Shown here: piece after piece, positions 12,331-25,632 of the stretch | Layout of the letters: each line of letters opens with the position of its first letter | How positions within the stretch are numbered: position 1 is the first letter of the stretch | Assembly (NCBI GenBank): GCA_023920165.1 | Contig: CP089276.1 | Span: 558,001 to 622,000, forward strand | Length of the DNA stretch: 64,000 nucleotides | Direction: 5' to 3' | From: Curvularia clavata | Lineage: Eukaryota | Program-made: the position numbers and the translations under genes | The notes under the pieces: model-generated | The model's input: the letters and a program-made list of their open reading frames with translations, nothing else | Databases searched by the model: none | Told to the model about the DNA's origin: nothing

Positions 12331-13295
12331 ATGGCCGAGATTCGACGAAAGCTTGTTATTGTCGGTGACGGCGCCTGTGGAAAGACGTGTCTGCTCATGT
12401 ACGTCCTTGCTGCCCCGGCCACGACCACGCCCCAACCCTCCCCCCAAGCGCCCTGCGACGCCTCTACTCTGCCTCTCCTGCTGTCTCTGCTCCGCTGCAC
12501 GCTTGCTAACCTTGCCTAAAACAGCGTCTTCTCCAAGGGCACTTTCCCCGAGGTCAGTACTCTCGTCTGCATCCCTGAAGCCGCGTCAGCCTAGCTGCCA
12601 CTCTGCCTTGTCTTCGTCCTCCGCGTCCCTATCTACACCACCACCATCATCATCCATTGTCGACGCTCCATCCGCATCCACTGACCCTTATTCCTGCAGG
12701 TCTACGTCCCCACCGTCTTTGAGAACTATGTCGCCGATGTCGAGGTGGACGGCAAGCACGTAGAGCTTGCCCTTTGGGATACCGCTGGCCAGGAAGATTA
12801 CGACCGTCTCCGCCCTCTCTCCTACCCCGACTCGCACGTTATCCTCATCTGCTTCGCTGTTGACTCGCCCGACTCTCTCGACAATGTCCAGGAAAAGGTA
12901 CCCGCCTCCCCATGCCGCACCCATCCCAGCTCGTGACTGACAACAACAAACAGTGGATCTCCGAGGTTCTTCACTTCTGCCAGGGCCTTCCCATCATCCT
13001 CGTTGGATGCAAGAAGGACTTGCGCTTTGACCAGAAGACGATTGAGGAGCTGCACAAGACGTCGCAGAAGCCCGTCACACCCGAGCAGGTCAGCAGCTGA
13101 CAAGCCCATCTCTTCATCTCTACCACTAACTCCCCCTTCCAGGCCGAGGATGTCCGCAAGAAGATTGGCGCCCAGAAGTACCTCGAGTGCTCAGCCAAGA
13201 CAAACGAGGGTGTCCGAGAAGTATTCGAGCACGCCACCCGCGCTGCTCTGCTGACCAGGAAAGAGAAGAAGACCAAGAAGTGCTTGATCTTGTAA
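12331..13295 (+). CDS. RHO1: Rho1 GTPase; 4 coding introns plus a probable 5'UTR intron 12080-12291
   Basis: [22 protein letters not shown], 28-nt exon 12525-12552 (VFSKGTFPE), [27 protein letters not shown], and CAAX end KKCLIL. Confidence 0.98.
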
Positions 13296-13482
13296 GCGCG
13301 GCCAGAATTCAATATAGGCGGGTCTCCGCCAAAACTGCGCCTTGTTGAGCTTCGACAAGAAACAAACACTGGCGACTGTTGGGTGTGTAATGGTCGTTTA
13401 TCCGAGAAAGAGGGCAAGAAGTGAAAATGGCCATCGAGGGTAGCAGATGACTCGCATCTCTTTCCGGGCTGCTCCCGGCCCA

Positions 13483-13518
13483 TCTCTCTCTTTCTCACAA
13501 TCTCTCTCTCTCTCTCTC
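13483..13518. repeat. (CT)n microsatellite in the RHO1 3'UTR
   Basis: tctctctctttctcacaatctctctctctctctctc. Confidence 0.6.
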
Positions 13519-14113
13519 ATGGCACCTACACGAGGCGTTTTACTGTGCTGGATCTTTTGTGTGTTTGGACCGTACATCATCTTGGGGTAGTTCATGATGG
13601 GGGTTTATCTTCTCCGAGCGTGTGGAATCGAGATTGAGCAAATGGTAGGATTTTTTTCTAATAATCGGTGCTTGTTTTGCTCTTTACAACGTGTCACAGG
13701 CAGCTTTCCCATGTACCGCTCCATACCAATCGCTGAGCATGTCGCATTTATCTTGTCTAATGACTGCGTGAGCCATCCATGACTGGGTACCATTCTCAAC
13801 ACGTGATGATTCGTCCACAGAGAGCGAAGACACACGGCAAGTTGAACAAAACGGATGTTCACGTGCTTTGCTTCATTTTCTTGTTCGAAAAGAACAAAGC
13901 ATGCCCAGTATGCACTCCTGTGTGATGAGATGCAAGGCACTGCATTAGTACGGTAAGAGCTAGGCTTGGTACTGATATCAACATCACAACAGTAACAACA
14001 GCCACAATGACGAGGAAATCAATCAGCAAACGACTTTTCCTTACATCCTGGGTCTTAGGTCCCATGTATTCAACTACATATTTACATATTCAATCCTGTA
14101 CTCCTCCCATTCC

Positions 14114-14131
14114 TATATATATATATATATA
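14114..14131. repeat. (TA)9 microsatellite next to the aspartic protease stop codon
   Basis: tatatatatatatatata. Confidence 0.75.
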
Positions 14132-14138
14132 AAATCAT

Positions 14139-15665
14139 TTACACGAACATAAAAATCGCGGCAAACGCCACTACGAGCGCCAGTCCCGACGACGACAAGT
14201 CCGCCGTAGCCACACCACTACTCGCCTGACCCTGCGGCGCCTTTTCCGCTGCCGCAGAGATACTCGGTCTGGCTACACCACTAGCACTAGCACTCGGCGT
14301 CGGCAACCCAGACGACGCAGACGCAGATGCCTTGCTCGCCTCGTCGTCGCTGCTCTTAACCCCGAATCCGACTCTCTTGCCCTCAAAGTCAAACACCGCA
14401 TACACATTTTTCAAAAAGACGTCTCCGACGAGCCACTGGTGCTCGCCAAACGTCTGTCTACCAATGATGTTGCTTCTGCAGAGATTTCTGCTGTCGTTTT
14501 CGACTTTATCGCCAATCCAGTCTTTGCTTGAGATGTTGTACGATTGCTTGTTGAACGAGAAGGCTAGAGAAGCAGTCGTGTCGCAGGGTACGAAGAAGCT
14601 TTCTCCATTCTGAGCCATGTCCTTGATAGGCGTGTGGATGGCTTTAGCGTCAGCCGAAGGCATGAGGATGAACGAAGTGCCCGTGTCGATGATTGCAGTG
14701 CGCGAAACCGTGCCCATCGCGGCGTCTTTGCCGTCGACGCTGGCGCCCTCAAGAGGAATCTCCCAGAACCCAGTATCATTGTCTACGCACTCGAGATAGT
14801 TCAAGTCGCCCGAGAAACGCGACTCGTCAATGTGTCCAATGTCGAGAGATCCGTCGGAGAGGGAGTCGCTGGCGCGGCTAAGATGGATCCCGTAAAGCTT
14901 CGAGGGAATGAGTTGCGAAGATGATAGCACGTCCATGATTTGCGGGGCGTCGATTTCTCCGTCTTGCTTGTTGACGCTGCCTCGACCGATGCCTAAGATG
15001 CCGTCCATGGGGTACGCGCGGAATTCGTCGGAGACATTGTTGGCCAGCCCGAAGGTGAGCGGCGAGGAGAGCGTGCTGCCCAGGTGGACAGTGTCCGAGG
15101 CGAGGGTGCCGCTGGCGGAGCCTGTGCCGTAGGTCATACTGAAAGCTTTGGTGTCGGTCTGGATTGGCATGTGTTAGCCTTTTCTCTGTTTCTGAGTGTT
15201 CGGATACAAACATACCTTGAGTGTACTCGAATCCCCCTTGCCAAACAGAGTGTGCGTCTTGCATGCTTCGCTCTTACAATCCTGGCCCATGACCCATGTG
15301 TTGCTCGCCGCAGAATCAAGCAGCAAGTGATATTCTTCCTTGCTGTCACCAAACGTTACGGCTACCATGTAGCTGAGGTCCTTGCCGTCTTGGTCGATTG
15401 CCACGCTCTTGTCTTGGCTGGGTTTCTTTGAACTGACAATGTTGTATACATTGCTTTGTCGAGAGTGTAGATTCGTAGCTATGCGGCGGAGGGGAAGCGT
15501 TGCAGACCGTGCTCTGTTATCGTTCGAGGCTCGGGATAGCCGCTGTGGATGTGAAGGCGAGGGTGATACGTTGACGGCATCGTACTGGTACGGATAGAAG
15601 GCTGAGACGCTGGGGATTATGGTTGCTGCTGAGAGAGCGAGCCATGTTGGTAGTGTGGTATGCAT
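14139..15665 (-). CDS. Secreted, probably GPI-anchored pepsin-like aspartic protease (CtsD-like); one intron near 15160-15215
   Basis: Signal peptide; catalytic motifs LLDSAAS and IIDTGTS; YGTGS flap; LVGDVFLKNVYAVFD; Ser/Ala-rich linker and hydrophobic tail. Confidence 0.9.
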
Positions 15666-16834
15666 TACGTCGCGTGTATGCTGGAAATGTTTCCCCTGCG
15701 GTCACTTTTTCTTTCCTTTCTTTTCCCAACGTGTCTGCTCTGATTTAGGTTCCAAGCGTGAAAGCCCTTGAAATCAGTCGTTCGCCGCCCAGTTCAATCT
15801 TCGACCTGCGCCCGACGCGTCTGCAGCAAACTGTCGAATCCGAGGAAACCAAAACAAGTTGGAAGGCGAAAACCGTAATATCAGCGAGACACGGCTCTGG
15901 TAAGACCGAAGTCGAAACAACAATATAAAAGAATTATGCAAGAAATCCTGAATCCATCAGGCTAAAACTCCTCAAAACCTGCGTGTAAGACTTGGGGTTC
16001 GTTGCGAGCTGAACAAACAAACAATCGAGCTTATTAAATTGTAAGAAAGCAGAGCACAGCAGACAACTGTATTTTAACAGCCTTGCGCCACTTGAACCAC
16101 AAAGAAAAAAAAAGAATTGCCTCTCAACGAGTCTTTTAACAAAAAGTAAGGGACCGATTGAAAGACCAAGAAGGCACGTCGAACAAGACGAACGAGGGAC
16201 AAGGGACGAGGGAGGGGGGCCACGGATAAGGGCACCTACTAGTCGGAAGAAGAAGAATGGACGGACACCTTCCCCATCGGGGGCGCCGCTCAACCAAAGA
16301 GACGTGGGACCCGCCTGTCAGCACAGCCATATGCACGTCTGGCCCTTGGCCGCCGCCCCATCAAATGACGTTTGGCTGGCCTGAGTTCGCGGTATCCGAA
16401 CCATGGTAAGCAGCGGAGACAAACTCATGTGGGTGTGTGGGGTCTGCCCTGCAACCCCTGGAATTGGGGGCCGTACCAAGACACCGGAACGGCGTGCTTG
16501 AAACACCCATTTCATGCTAGGCACGCCAGTAACGTCTTCGAATGCGTAAGCTGTCCACTTGCTGGAATGCCCTTGGTTCGCCATCTTGAGCTGCAATGCT
16601 GATCTTGCATCGGAGCTGGATTTCGGGCGTAGGGTAACACAGTGGGCTTTGTCGTATCTGTTCTTGGCGTATGCAAATCGCGGCACTACCTTTTATCGAT
16701 TAATCTGGCCGGACATACTTTCAAGTCCGCGGTATGGAACAATTATTCCAATACTTTTCGTTGGTCAACGTGGGTATATCAAAAATCTACGTATCCGTTC
16801 TCTGCACAGAACGATATTGTAAAACGAGCCATTA

Positions 16835-18848
16835 TTATCTTCCTCCGGCTTGGATCATCTCAGGTGCCTTCTTGGCACTCGCTGCCTTCTTCGCTTCCAT
16901 AACCTCCAGCTTGCTGAGTCCCATGCCACTCAGATACTCGTTAAAACTGCCGAGGATCTTCTCCAGTCCTTCGCGAAGGCATTCCCTTACTTCCTCCACC
17001 TCACGCACCTTTCTCCTCTCTGCTTCTGGTTTGGCAAGGGTTTCGGTATCGCTTGGGTGTATTGGGACAGTCTCCATATACTCATCGATCTTGTTGAGTG
17101 CCGTGGTGAGTACGCGTACCATGGCTGGTACACCTTCATGAAACCGGCCGAGCGAATCCTCGCTCAGAGAGAACACTGCCAGATTCGCAAGAGAAGTGAC
17201 GGCGTTGCAAATCATTGAAATCCTCGAGTATGGCGCTCCAAGAACAACAATATTTACTGTGCGCTGGAGAGGCTGCCTGAACAGTGTACCAATCGGGGAG
17301 GAGACAAATTTGTTGTAATACGTTGTAAAAAGTGACTCCGCCTCCTTGGCGCCTTCTTGTGCCTTGATAAAGCCTTTGTTGATAGCCTCGCGGCTGTATG
17401 CTTTCTGGGCATTACCAGGAGCGCTGTGTGCCTTTGCAATATCGGCTGTTGCTGCTTCAAAATGCTCCAACCTGGTATTCGGCTTTGGTGGAGCTGCTGC
17501 AATCGCTTTATCATCCTTAAGCGGCTGCGAGATCCGTGGTACCAAGTTGACGGGGGCAGTCGACTGCTCTTTGCCGCCTTCGATGACAGGGTTATAGGCA
17601 GGATCAAGACCAATGCTGACACGCTCGAGAAGGAACTTCAACTCTCCAAGACACAAGTCTGTGGTTTGCTGATGAGTCGGTGCTTTTTTGCGGTCCATCT
17701 CGCTGTATATCGTCTTGCGGCGGTCGGGGAAAGCGTCGGTAATGAGGGCTAGTTCCCAGAAGGCAATTGCCTATATCCAGTCAGCATTTACTCTTAGAAA
17801 ATAATTGTATCATCCCACCTTGACAGTATCCTTCTTGGACTTGAGCCCGTTCAGCAGGGAGCCATTAGGATCTTTCGAGTCGTTTGTGATGGGACGATCG
17901 TTCTTTAGCGGCTCCTGCGCAATGTACACATCAAAGGTCTTGTTGACAAACTCCCAGAGAATAACAAGAAGCGTTCCTTCGGTAACAAACATCAAGCATA
18001 GAGGCAGGAAAGGCGCAAGGCCGGTGGGAGTTGAAGTCTTGGACAGGCTCCAGAGATATCGGCCAAGGCTATAGTAGTAGCTCCAGATCAGGTTGCGCGT
18101 GACTACGAAGTAGAGCGCAAATCCAACAACAGAAATGACTGCTGCCAGCGAGCTTGAGTGAGTTGCTATGGCCTTGAGCTGCCTGATGAGGACGTGTCGG
18201 GGCTTGGGTGCCCGTCGCGCGGGGGCTGCGTCTCCACGATCCTTCTTTGGCTTCATCGCGGGTACTTCGATCTTGTCGTAGTCCTTGGATAAATGCACGC
18301 CAGATTGTGCCGCTGCGAGCAGGTAAAAGAGGTAGCGCAGGTACAGTGGCCTCTCGTTGAGCCTGAATCGCTCGTGCATGCGTCCAGCCTCGATAAATGC
18401 GAGCCTGTCCTTGGCGCCCCTCGACCAGATGTACGTCTCGACAAAAATCATGGCAGAAAAGGCGTAGGCGATCAGGGTGACGATAGTAGAGAGGCGGAAG
18501 AAGTACTTTGTAAAGGTCTGGGCCTGAGTAGGCGTCTGGCGGCGGCCAACGTGCCATTGGGCAACGCGAAGAACATAGACGGCGAGTGCAGAGAGGAAAA
18601 GCAGGAGAGTCCGAATGCCTGTGAGGCCTATCGGGAAAAATACCCATAGGGCTATCTGCGAGTTAGCATCTGCGTTGAAGCTTTGTGATGGTCAACGTAC
18701 GACTATCCCATTCGCCCATCCAGCACGCGATCGCGTAACAGAGCAACAAGGTGTATCTGCTCGCTCTGTTGAATCTTCGGTGGAGAGCCGGGGTCAGGTA
18801 GTCTCTGTATGGGCGCACTTGTGTGCCCAGCGGTACAAGCGGCGCCAT
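16835..18848 (-). CDS. NDC1: Nucleoporin Ndc1; 2 introns
   Basis: VRPYRDYLTPALHRRF, RLNERPLYL, EPLKNDRPIT.DSKDPNGSLLNGL and SLSEDSLGRFHEGVP match fungal Ndc1. Confidence 0.88.
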
Positions 18849-19283
18849 GGTTGCGGTCTGTCGAGGCCGAAGAGAATGTATGAGTGAGAAACAGCTATTT
18901 CATAACAAGAAATAAAGAAACGGCGTGGAGCCAGCGGAAAAGTGGACAGGCGCAGCAGGTCGTGGCGTGCAGGGCGTCGCAGCGATCAAAGGCGCCCAAG
19001 TTTCGTCAAACAAACATCGGTCGGCGGAGCTACAAGTTGGTGGCCGACAGCTGCGCGCTTGCTTACATAAAAACGGACCCGCTCGTGCCATGTGCCCTTG
19101 GCCGCGGCTCGTCGTCATCGCCGCAGGAACCATCCGAGCAACCAGATCAACCAACCTCCAGGCACCGGCCGCTCCATCTACATACCACAGTTTCGCGGGC
19201 ATTTCGATAGTCGCTCGTCCCAAGACTCATCTTGCATAATTGTGCAACCGGGCTATTCCGTGCCCTTCCCCTTATCCAGCACC

Positions 19284-20154
19284 ATGTCGTTCCAACGCTC
19301 CAGTGCCCTCGAATCGCAGCCAACAACATGGCGCAGAGAAGACGATACGTCCTACGCTGATGACCCAGAGTTCCGCGACTTTGCCGACAAGCTCTCCGAC
19401 GATCTCTTTGCCCTCACTCGGAACGTCGCTCGCCTATCGCAAGAGACCGCCAAGCTGGGAACGAAACATGAGACCGCTCGTGTGCGCGAGCGCGTCAAGA
19501 CGACCATCGAAGAGACGTCGGACAAATTCAAAGAGCTTGGCGAGAGTCTGAAGAAGATCACGACATGGCCGGATGTCGGGGTATGGGACCCAGCCTCCTA
19601 TCACACGAGCACTAATAGCTAACCTATACCAGCCTTCACAAAAGTTTACGCAGTCGAAGCTGCAGCGCGAGTTCAAAGCTTCACTTGCTGAATTCCAGCA
19701 ACTCCATAAGCAGGCTCTCGAGAAGGAAAAGCAGTCGGCACAGGCGGCACGCACAGCTCTGGAGGAGGCAACTTCGCCAAGCGAAGAGCGGGGAGGCTTC
19801 GGACAGCACCAACAGCAAGAGCAGGAACAGCTGCGCTTGGCAAACCAAGACGAAGTGGATTTCCAAGAGTCGCTCATCATCGAGCGCGAGTCTGAGATCC
19901 GCAACATTGAGCAATCCGTCGGCGAGTTGAACGAGCTGTTCCGTGACGTAGCGCACATGGTGCATGAGCAGGGAGCCCAACTCGACATCATTGAGGAAAA
20001 CGTCGAGACGACACACGATGCGTCCCGAGGTGCACACATAAATCTCAAGCAGGCTAGCAACTACCAGAAGAGTGCCAGGAGCAAGGCGTGCATTCTGTTG
20101 CTCATCCTTGCCATTGTTCTGGTAATCATCATCCTTGCTGTCGTCCTGGATTAG
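19284..20154 (+). CDS. PEP12: Endosomal/vacuolar Qa-SNARE syntaxin (Pep12/Vam3); intron 19580-19632
   Basis: Habc region, SNARE motif IIERESEIRNIEQSVGELNELFRDVA..EQG, and C-terminal TM helix. Confidence 0.9.
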
Positions 20155-20441
20155 ATGGGGACGACAATGTCCAAATGATTGTTTTTCTTTCCGAGGCGTT
20201 GGATGATATACTTGGGAGGATTCTGATACCATGGCGCATCACATCGTTTGCAGATATCCGTGCTTTGAGAGTTGCGTAATAATGAGCTGCACAATTTACC
20301 ACCTAAGTCACCTGAGGCTTGAAGTTCCGTTCTGTTTGTTTAGCAATGACCGCCAATTCCGCAGTGACTGGGTGGATGACATTGTGCTCTACATCAGGGT
20401 ATATACTAAGTGTCTAGGGCTCTTCACTAAGAGTCCTACTT

Positions 20442-21638
20442 CTAGGCGCTCTTGACAGGCTCGCCCTTCTCGTCGATCAAACTCTCTTCAGTCTTGACCG
20501 GACCCTCACCAACACCTGTCAGGATGACCCTGCTGACGCCCTCTTCCAAAAGCGCGATAGCGGGTCCTGCCTCGTACTTGACCTTCTCAAGCGCCTCTGC
20601 GTTGGCTTGGACAGCCTGTCCTCTCTCACCCTGCCATCCATCCTTCTCATTCAGAACGGTCTTGAAGAGGCCAGCCACCTCCTTCTCGTTCTCCTCGAGG
20701 TAATACACAACAGCGTTTGGACCAGCATCAAAAGTGTATGCCGCAATAATTTTTCCTGCTGCAGCATTGATGCTCTCTACAACCTTGATGGCAGCACGAG
20801 AAACGTCATTGAGGTAGAAGATTGGCGGGAAAGTATCCAGGCAAGTGGCGTGGAAGGAGTTGCTGTCCATCATGGTGACCTTGCCGAATGCCTCAAAGTC
20901 CTTGTTCTTGATGGCGTCTTGCATTTCCTTCATGCGCCTTGGTACCGTCTCCGTAGCTCTTGACTGGAAGAGGCTCGAAGTTGCGACCGTGGTCTGCATA
21001 CCAGTGGTACTCGATACACCCTTCTTTGCTGCACTGACGACCAGGATAACGGCTCGCATGTTTGGCCAGTGGCTCGCGGGCGCAACCTGGAAAGCCACGC
21101 TATCACTGCCATCTTGGGCAGAACCTTGCTCCCAGCCTACGTATCCGCCAAAGAGCGATCGGCACGCTGAGCCAGAACCTTGGCGAGCAATGCGGGAGAG
21201 ATCTGTAGGCGAGGCGGGGAGTTCGTAAAGGTTTGCAATTGCACGGACGAGAGCGGCAAAGCCAGCAGCTGAACTGGCCAATCCAGCAGCGGTGGGAAAG
21301 TTGTTCTCCGAGACGATGCGGAGAGGGAGGTCTGCCAGCTTGGGCAGGCTCGAGTCCTTGTCCTCAAGCTGTTTCCTCAGAGCCCTGAGCTCCCTGAAGC
21401 ATGCTTGCGTCCTAGCACCAGAGACATCTTGCGATTGGCCATTGAGGAGGAGTGTATCTTCTTTCGGGTAGCTGGGCGAGCACGAAGCGGTGGTGTGGGT
21501 GCGGAGGTCGGACTGTGCGAGGGTCACACTGAGGGACGAGTTGGTGGGAAGGTTGAGCTTTGGGTCACGCTTTCCCCAGTACTTGATCACGGCAATGTTG
21601 ACCGGGGCGGTGGTGCTGGCACGGTGGATGTCGGACAT
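20442..21638 (-). CDS. MVD1: Diphosphomevalonate decarboxylase (intronless)
   Basis: APVNIAVIKYWGKRD, NNFPTAAGLASSAAG, ARQGSGSACRS, AYTFDAGPNA. First ATG is at 21638. Confidence 0.97.
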   Translation of the reverse strand: MSDIHRASTTAPVNIAVIKYWGKRDPKLNLPTNSSLSVTLAQSDLRTHTTASCSPSYPKEDTLLLNGQSQDVSGARTQACFRELRALRKQLEDKDSSLPKLADLPLRIVSENNFPTAAGLASSAAGFAALVRAIANLYELPASPTDLSRIARQGSGSACRSLFGGYVGWEQGSAQDGSDSVAFQVAPASHWPNMRAVILVVSAAKKGVSSTTGMQTTVATSSLFQSRATETVPRRMKEMQDAIKNKDFEAFGKVTMMDSNSFHATCLDTFPPIFYLNDVSRAAIKVVESINAAAGKIIAAYTFDAGPNAVVYYLEENEKEVAGLFKTVLNEKDGWQGERGQAVQANAEALEKVKYEAGPAIALLEEGVSRVILTGVGEGPVKTEESLIDEKGEPVKSA

Positions 21639-22229
21639 TTTGACAATGTATCTCAAAGGGTTGTTGGGGAAAAGGGGGGCAGAAGCGGTGAAAGTAGAAG
21701 GTTTGGGTGGGGTACTGTTGTTTATATGCAGGGACTAAGTGGGATACGGTCACCCGGTGGAAAGAGTGATCGCGACTCAGAAACGCCTTGGACTCCACAT
21801 CAACAATGTCCCTTCAAATTTATAATATTGTAGTGGATTTCGGGGCATGCAAGGTAAGCAAGTTTGGAGTACTTTGGTAACTTTGGTGAGGCTTGGGCCC
21901 GTGCTGAGTCGCGATTATTCTTTCAACTGGATGATGGTCTAGAAAGCAAAGAGCAGAGTCGCCAAGGGGAAAGCGAAATATCAGGGCATCAGATTTGGAG
22001 CCGACTACCTTGTGCACATGAATACTTGCACAATGTTTGTATGCAATGGTCTGGCGACTCATGGCTGTGGTGCTATCTGGCCGTACTCAACTACGGTAGA
22101 TTTCAGACTAGCCAATCATAATCCACCGACTTCCGCGGGGCCCGTGCTTGACATTTCTCCAACTGCTGCCGTCACTATGCAGAACTTCTCGGAATCCCAT
22201 TCCACATAGTCAGCACAACCACGTCCATA

Positions 22230-23042
22230 ATGTCCTCCAAAGACGACCCAGCAGCGGCATGCCCAGTCGATCACAAGACGCGAGAGGCATGGCTCGCTCA
22301 AGCCCGCGCTCAAAACGCCAATGCACCACCAAATCCACACCAATCGCCCATACCTACACCCGCGGCCCCGCCAGCAGCACCGTTACGATCCCAACCGCAA
22401 TCAGCCGTACAGCAATCATGCGACTCTTCGTCTCTTGACCAAAGCACAACCTCCCCACCTCCTACAAGCACCGGCATTCTCTCGCAAATACGCCTCGGCA
22501 CCGAACGTGAAGTCAGCACAATACCGCGCGCCCTCCCCGACATTCCATCGCAAAGACCAGCAAACAACGAGCGCGACACAGGCGCCGACAAGGCGACAGG
22601 AAACTGGATCTACCCTTCGGAGCAGATGTTCTTCGATGCCATGCGACGCAAATCCTACGACCCTTCCGCGCCCGACATGCGCACCATTGTTCCCATCCAC
22701 AACGCCGTCAACGAGCGCGCCTGGCATGAAATCAAAATCTGGGAAAAAGGCCGAGGCTCAGAAGCCTGTGGTGGACCTAAACTGGCTTCTTTCTCTGGTC
22801 TTAGCACGAGCTTGACGCCCAGGGCGCGCTGGAAGAGCCTCATGGGGTACCAGCCGCCATTTGATCGCCATGATTGGATTGTGGATCGCTGCGGTACGAA
22901 GATTGAGTATGTGATTGATTTTTATGCAGGTAGAGATGAGGGAAAGCAGGGGAAGGCGTTAAATTTTTATCTGGATGTCAGGCCAAAGTTGAATAGTTGG
23001 GAGGGTATTAAGACGAGGGTGTTGAAGTTTTGGGGATTCTAG
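22230..23042 (+). CDS. CYT2: Holocytochrome-c synthase, probably cytochrome c1 heme lyase
   Basis: CPV heme-regulatory motif, WIYPSEQMFFDAM, IHNAVNERAW, PFDRHDW, YVIDFY, LDVRP. Confidence 0.88.
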   Translation: MSSKDDPAAACPVDHKTREAWLAQARAQNANAPPNPHQSPIPTPAAPPAAPLRSQPQSAVQQSCDSSSLDQSTTSPPPTSTGILSQIRLGTEREVSTIPRALPDIPSQRPANNERDTGADKATGNWIYPSEQMFFDAMRRKSYDPSAPDMRTIVPIHNAVNERAWHEIKIWEKGRGSEACGGPKLASFSGLSTSLTPRARWKSLMGYQPPFDRHDWIVDRCGTKIEYVIDFYAGRDEGKQGKALNFYLDVRPKLNSWEGIKTRVLKFWGF

Positions 23043-23563
23043 CATCCTGGTAGGAAAGCTATGGGTGTTGTATATGCTTGCATATGTGTCATGACTGTCA
23101 TTTACTTGGGGGGAAGGGGAAAGGAAAAAGCCCCAATATATGTGATGAAATAACTGTACTATTAGCTGTAAAAGACCACTTACTAGACGACACGACATTG
23201 TCCTTCATCTTTCTCTTCCCAACAGCAAGCACCGTGAAAGACCAAAAATATGTAAGAGAAACTAACAAGTCAAGAGTACAGCACAAATTAAATTTTGGCT
23301 TCGAAGAATATAGTTTTGCCTCACCACGAGAAAAAGCCGCAAACACCCGCATGCTTTGTCGTTCAAAACGCCTTGTTACGCCATGCGTGATGCATCTGAG
23401 AATTTTTCCCATGCCCCCAAGACCCCATTGATATAAGAACAAAAAAAAATGTCTCGCTCATATGAAACATCGATCCAGCCACAAGAAACAAGATATTCAA
23501 CATGCCACATCTGTATGTCTAAGGCTCGAGAAAAGAATGAAGAACAAATGCAGAGGCGTTTTT

Positions 23564-24710
23564 CTAGGCGCCATAGACATCGAGCCCCAACTTCTTGAGC
23601 TTGTTACAGTTTGGCAACTCCATCTTCCTCGCCTTGTTCATGGCCTCTGTATCGACCGAAAACCAGCCCTGGGCATCCTCCATGGCCTGTCTCTGCTTGT
23701 TCTTTTCTAACTGACACCTTGTATTGGTGATGTGCACATACTGCTGCTCGGCCACCTCATCCAGTTTCCGCCACTTCTTGGGTGTGTAGTCGTGCACATC
23801 CTTGGGGTTGACATAGTAATCTATCCTTATTCGCGAGGAAACGCGCTTCATTGTGTTTGGGGAGCGGGGGACCTCGAAGACCAGATTGGGGCCTGCAGAT
23901 GTTGAGGATGAAGAGAAGAGGGAGGAGAGGAGAGGTAGGACGAAGAGGAAGAGGAGAGGTAGGAGGTTGGCGAAGGCTGAGGAGAGGTTTTGCTGGCCTT
24001 CGGAGCCAGGGGGTGTCGCTGTACCGGGGCGTCTGCGTGGTCGGGCACCGCCGAATTGATGGACGCGGATTCCTGGGCCACCGCCTAGGTTGAAGACAAA
24101 GCCTGGACCGGTGTCCATGCCACCTAGGTACGTGTTAGCTTATATTATTCTCTAGACTGCAACGCCGCCGTCCCGCAGCAGTGTCTCTGGCAACAATAAA
24201 CATACCAAAAGGTCCTCCGAACGCGCCGCCAAAGAACTGCCTGAATAATTCCTCCGGTGTCATCTCTTCCTCGCCAAACCCAGGCGGCCCTCTCCTTGCA
24301 AACCCATTTCCAAACGGACTCGGGCCTCCGCCGCCGCTCGCCCCCGCCGCAGCCCGGGGATCAAACCTCGCATCTGGATCCAGTCCAAATTGGTCGTACT
24401 TCTTCTTCTTGTCCGGATCGCTGAGCACCTGGAATGCCTTGCTGACCAACTTGAACGCCTCGTCTGCACCAGAATAGCCGTTCTTGTCCGGGTGTGTAAG
24501 TAGTGAAAGCTTGCGATATGCTTTCTTGATGTCCGAATCTGTACAGGTGGCTCTTACTTCCTCTAGCCCGAGTATCTTGTAGTAGGCGGTTGGCGCGCAT
24601 TGCTTGATACGTATTACGGCGGCTTTTTGCTCAACAGTAAAGGCTCGGCCCGCGCTGCCGTCATGGTGTTCCCGAGATTTGGCATCGGAGCCAGAGGTTG
24701 TGCCTGACAT
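23564..24710 (-). CDS. HLJ1: ER membrane DnaJ co-chaperone (Hlj1/DNAJB12-like); intron ~24126-24202
   Basis: J-domain with HPDKN, G/F-rich region, TM helix, and luminal C-terminal domain. Confidence 0.85.
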
Positions 24711-25135
24711 ATTGGTCGAAGGGGTTGTTGTTGTGTGGGGTATGCTTTGTGGAGGAGAGATTATGCCGCCGGGCGGGCAGCCTGGTTAGCGAAGGACCGA
24801 TGCGCAGCGAATGAAAGGCTGGTCGATGTAATGGCAATAGCCTCTGTGTGCGTGTGGGGGAGAAAGTGGGTGGTGCGGAAGCGCCGGTGCGGTGTTTTGG
24901 TCCGAGTTGTGGGTTGAAGTCGTTATCTGTTATTCAAGTTCGCGAGTCGCCGGCGAGGCCAGTTGACCCAGCCTAGGTTGGCACGGGCTGACGGCCCACT
25001 TCCTGACCTAACGTCATTGAACTTCACCACTCTCTACCCTTGTCCTGCACAACCTATTTCGTACAATTGTCAGACAATCGCTCGCGCTTAAAGAAGGTTC
25101 ATTGTTTGTTTCCTGCCGAGCTCGTTGTGCCCATA

Positions 25136-25632
25136 ATGTCTCAACCACCCAAGCAATCTATGCTCCAATCCCTCAGAAATTGGGGAGGTAAGTTCATCAT
25201 ATCACTGGCATCAAAAGTGTATACAACAGAATATAACTGATTCTTTTAGAAAACTCTGTGCCGCCTACACTGCTGGCAACACTCATCACGGCCCAGCATG
25301 CTCGCCCTTTTCAGCTTTTCCCCATGATGTTCCCACCAGTCCTGCTATTTTCATCCTATCTGAATCTGAGCAACTACAAGACGGATGCGGCTGGTATTAC
25401 TGCTGCATGGAGTGGGCTGTACGCCTTGCTTGCTATGCGAAGGAGCCAGGTATAGCCAAGTTTGTCATATTTGATCAATTTTGCAAAGCTAACGACCGAG
25501 CAGGGAATCAGGAACAAATTCACTGTGCGGGGCGCGGTAAGAGGCGCTTCGCTGGCTCTTTGCGCAGTCAATGTCGTAGGCTGTGGTTTGGCGTACACGT
25601 TTGGCAAGTGCGAGAAAGAAGAAAAGGAGTAG
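25136..25632 (+). CDS. Small multi-TM conserved fungal protein (possibly Aim19-like); introns 25188-25249 and 25450-25503
   Basis: Spliced product MSQPPKQ..PPTLLATL..DAAGITAAWSGLYALLA..RGAVRGASLAL..; clean GT-AG sites keep the frame. Confidence 0.75.

Noticed and set aside
11254..12763. Ser/Thr/Pro/Gly-rich ORFs upstream of and over RHO1
   Set aside because: Translations of microsatellite, UTR and intron sequence.
13803..13975. GTGATGA motifs (13803, 13922) with a CTGA at 13972 as a possible C/D snoRNA
   Set aside because: No terminal stem, awkward spacing, and no rRNA/snRNA complementarity I can recognise.
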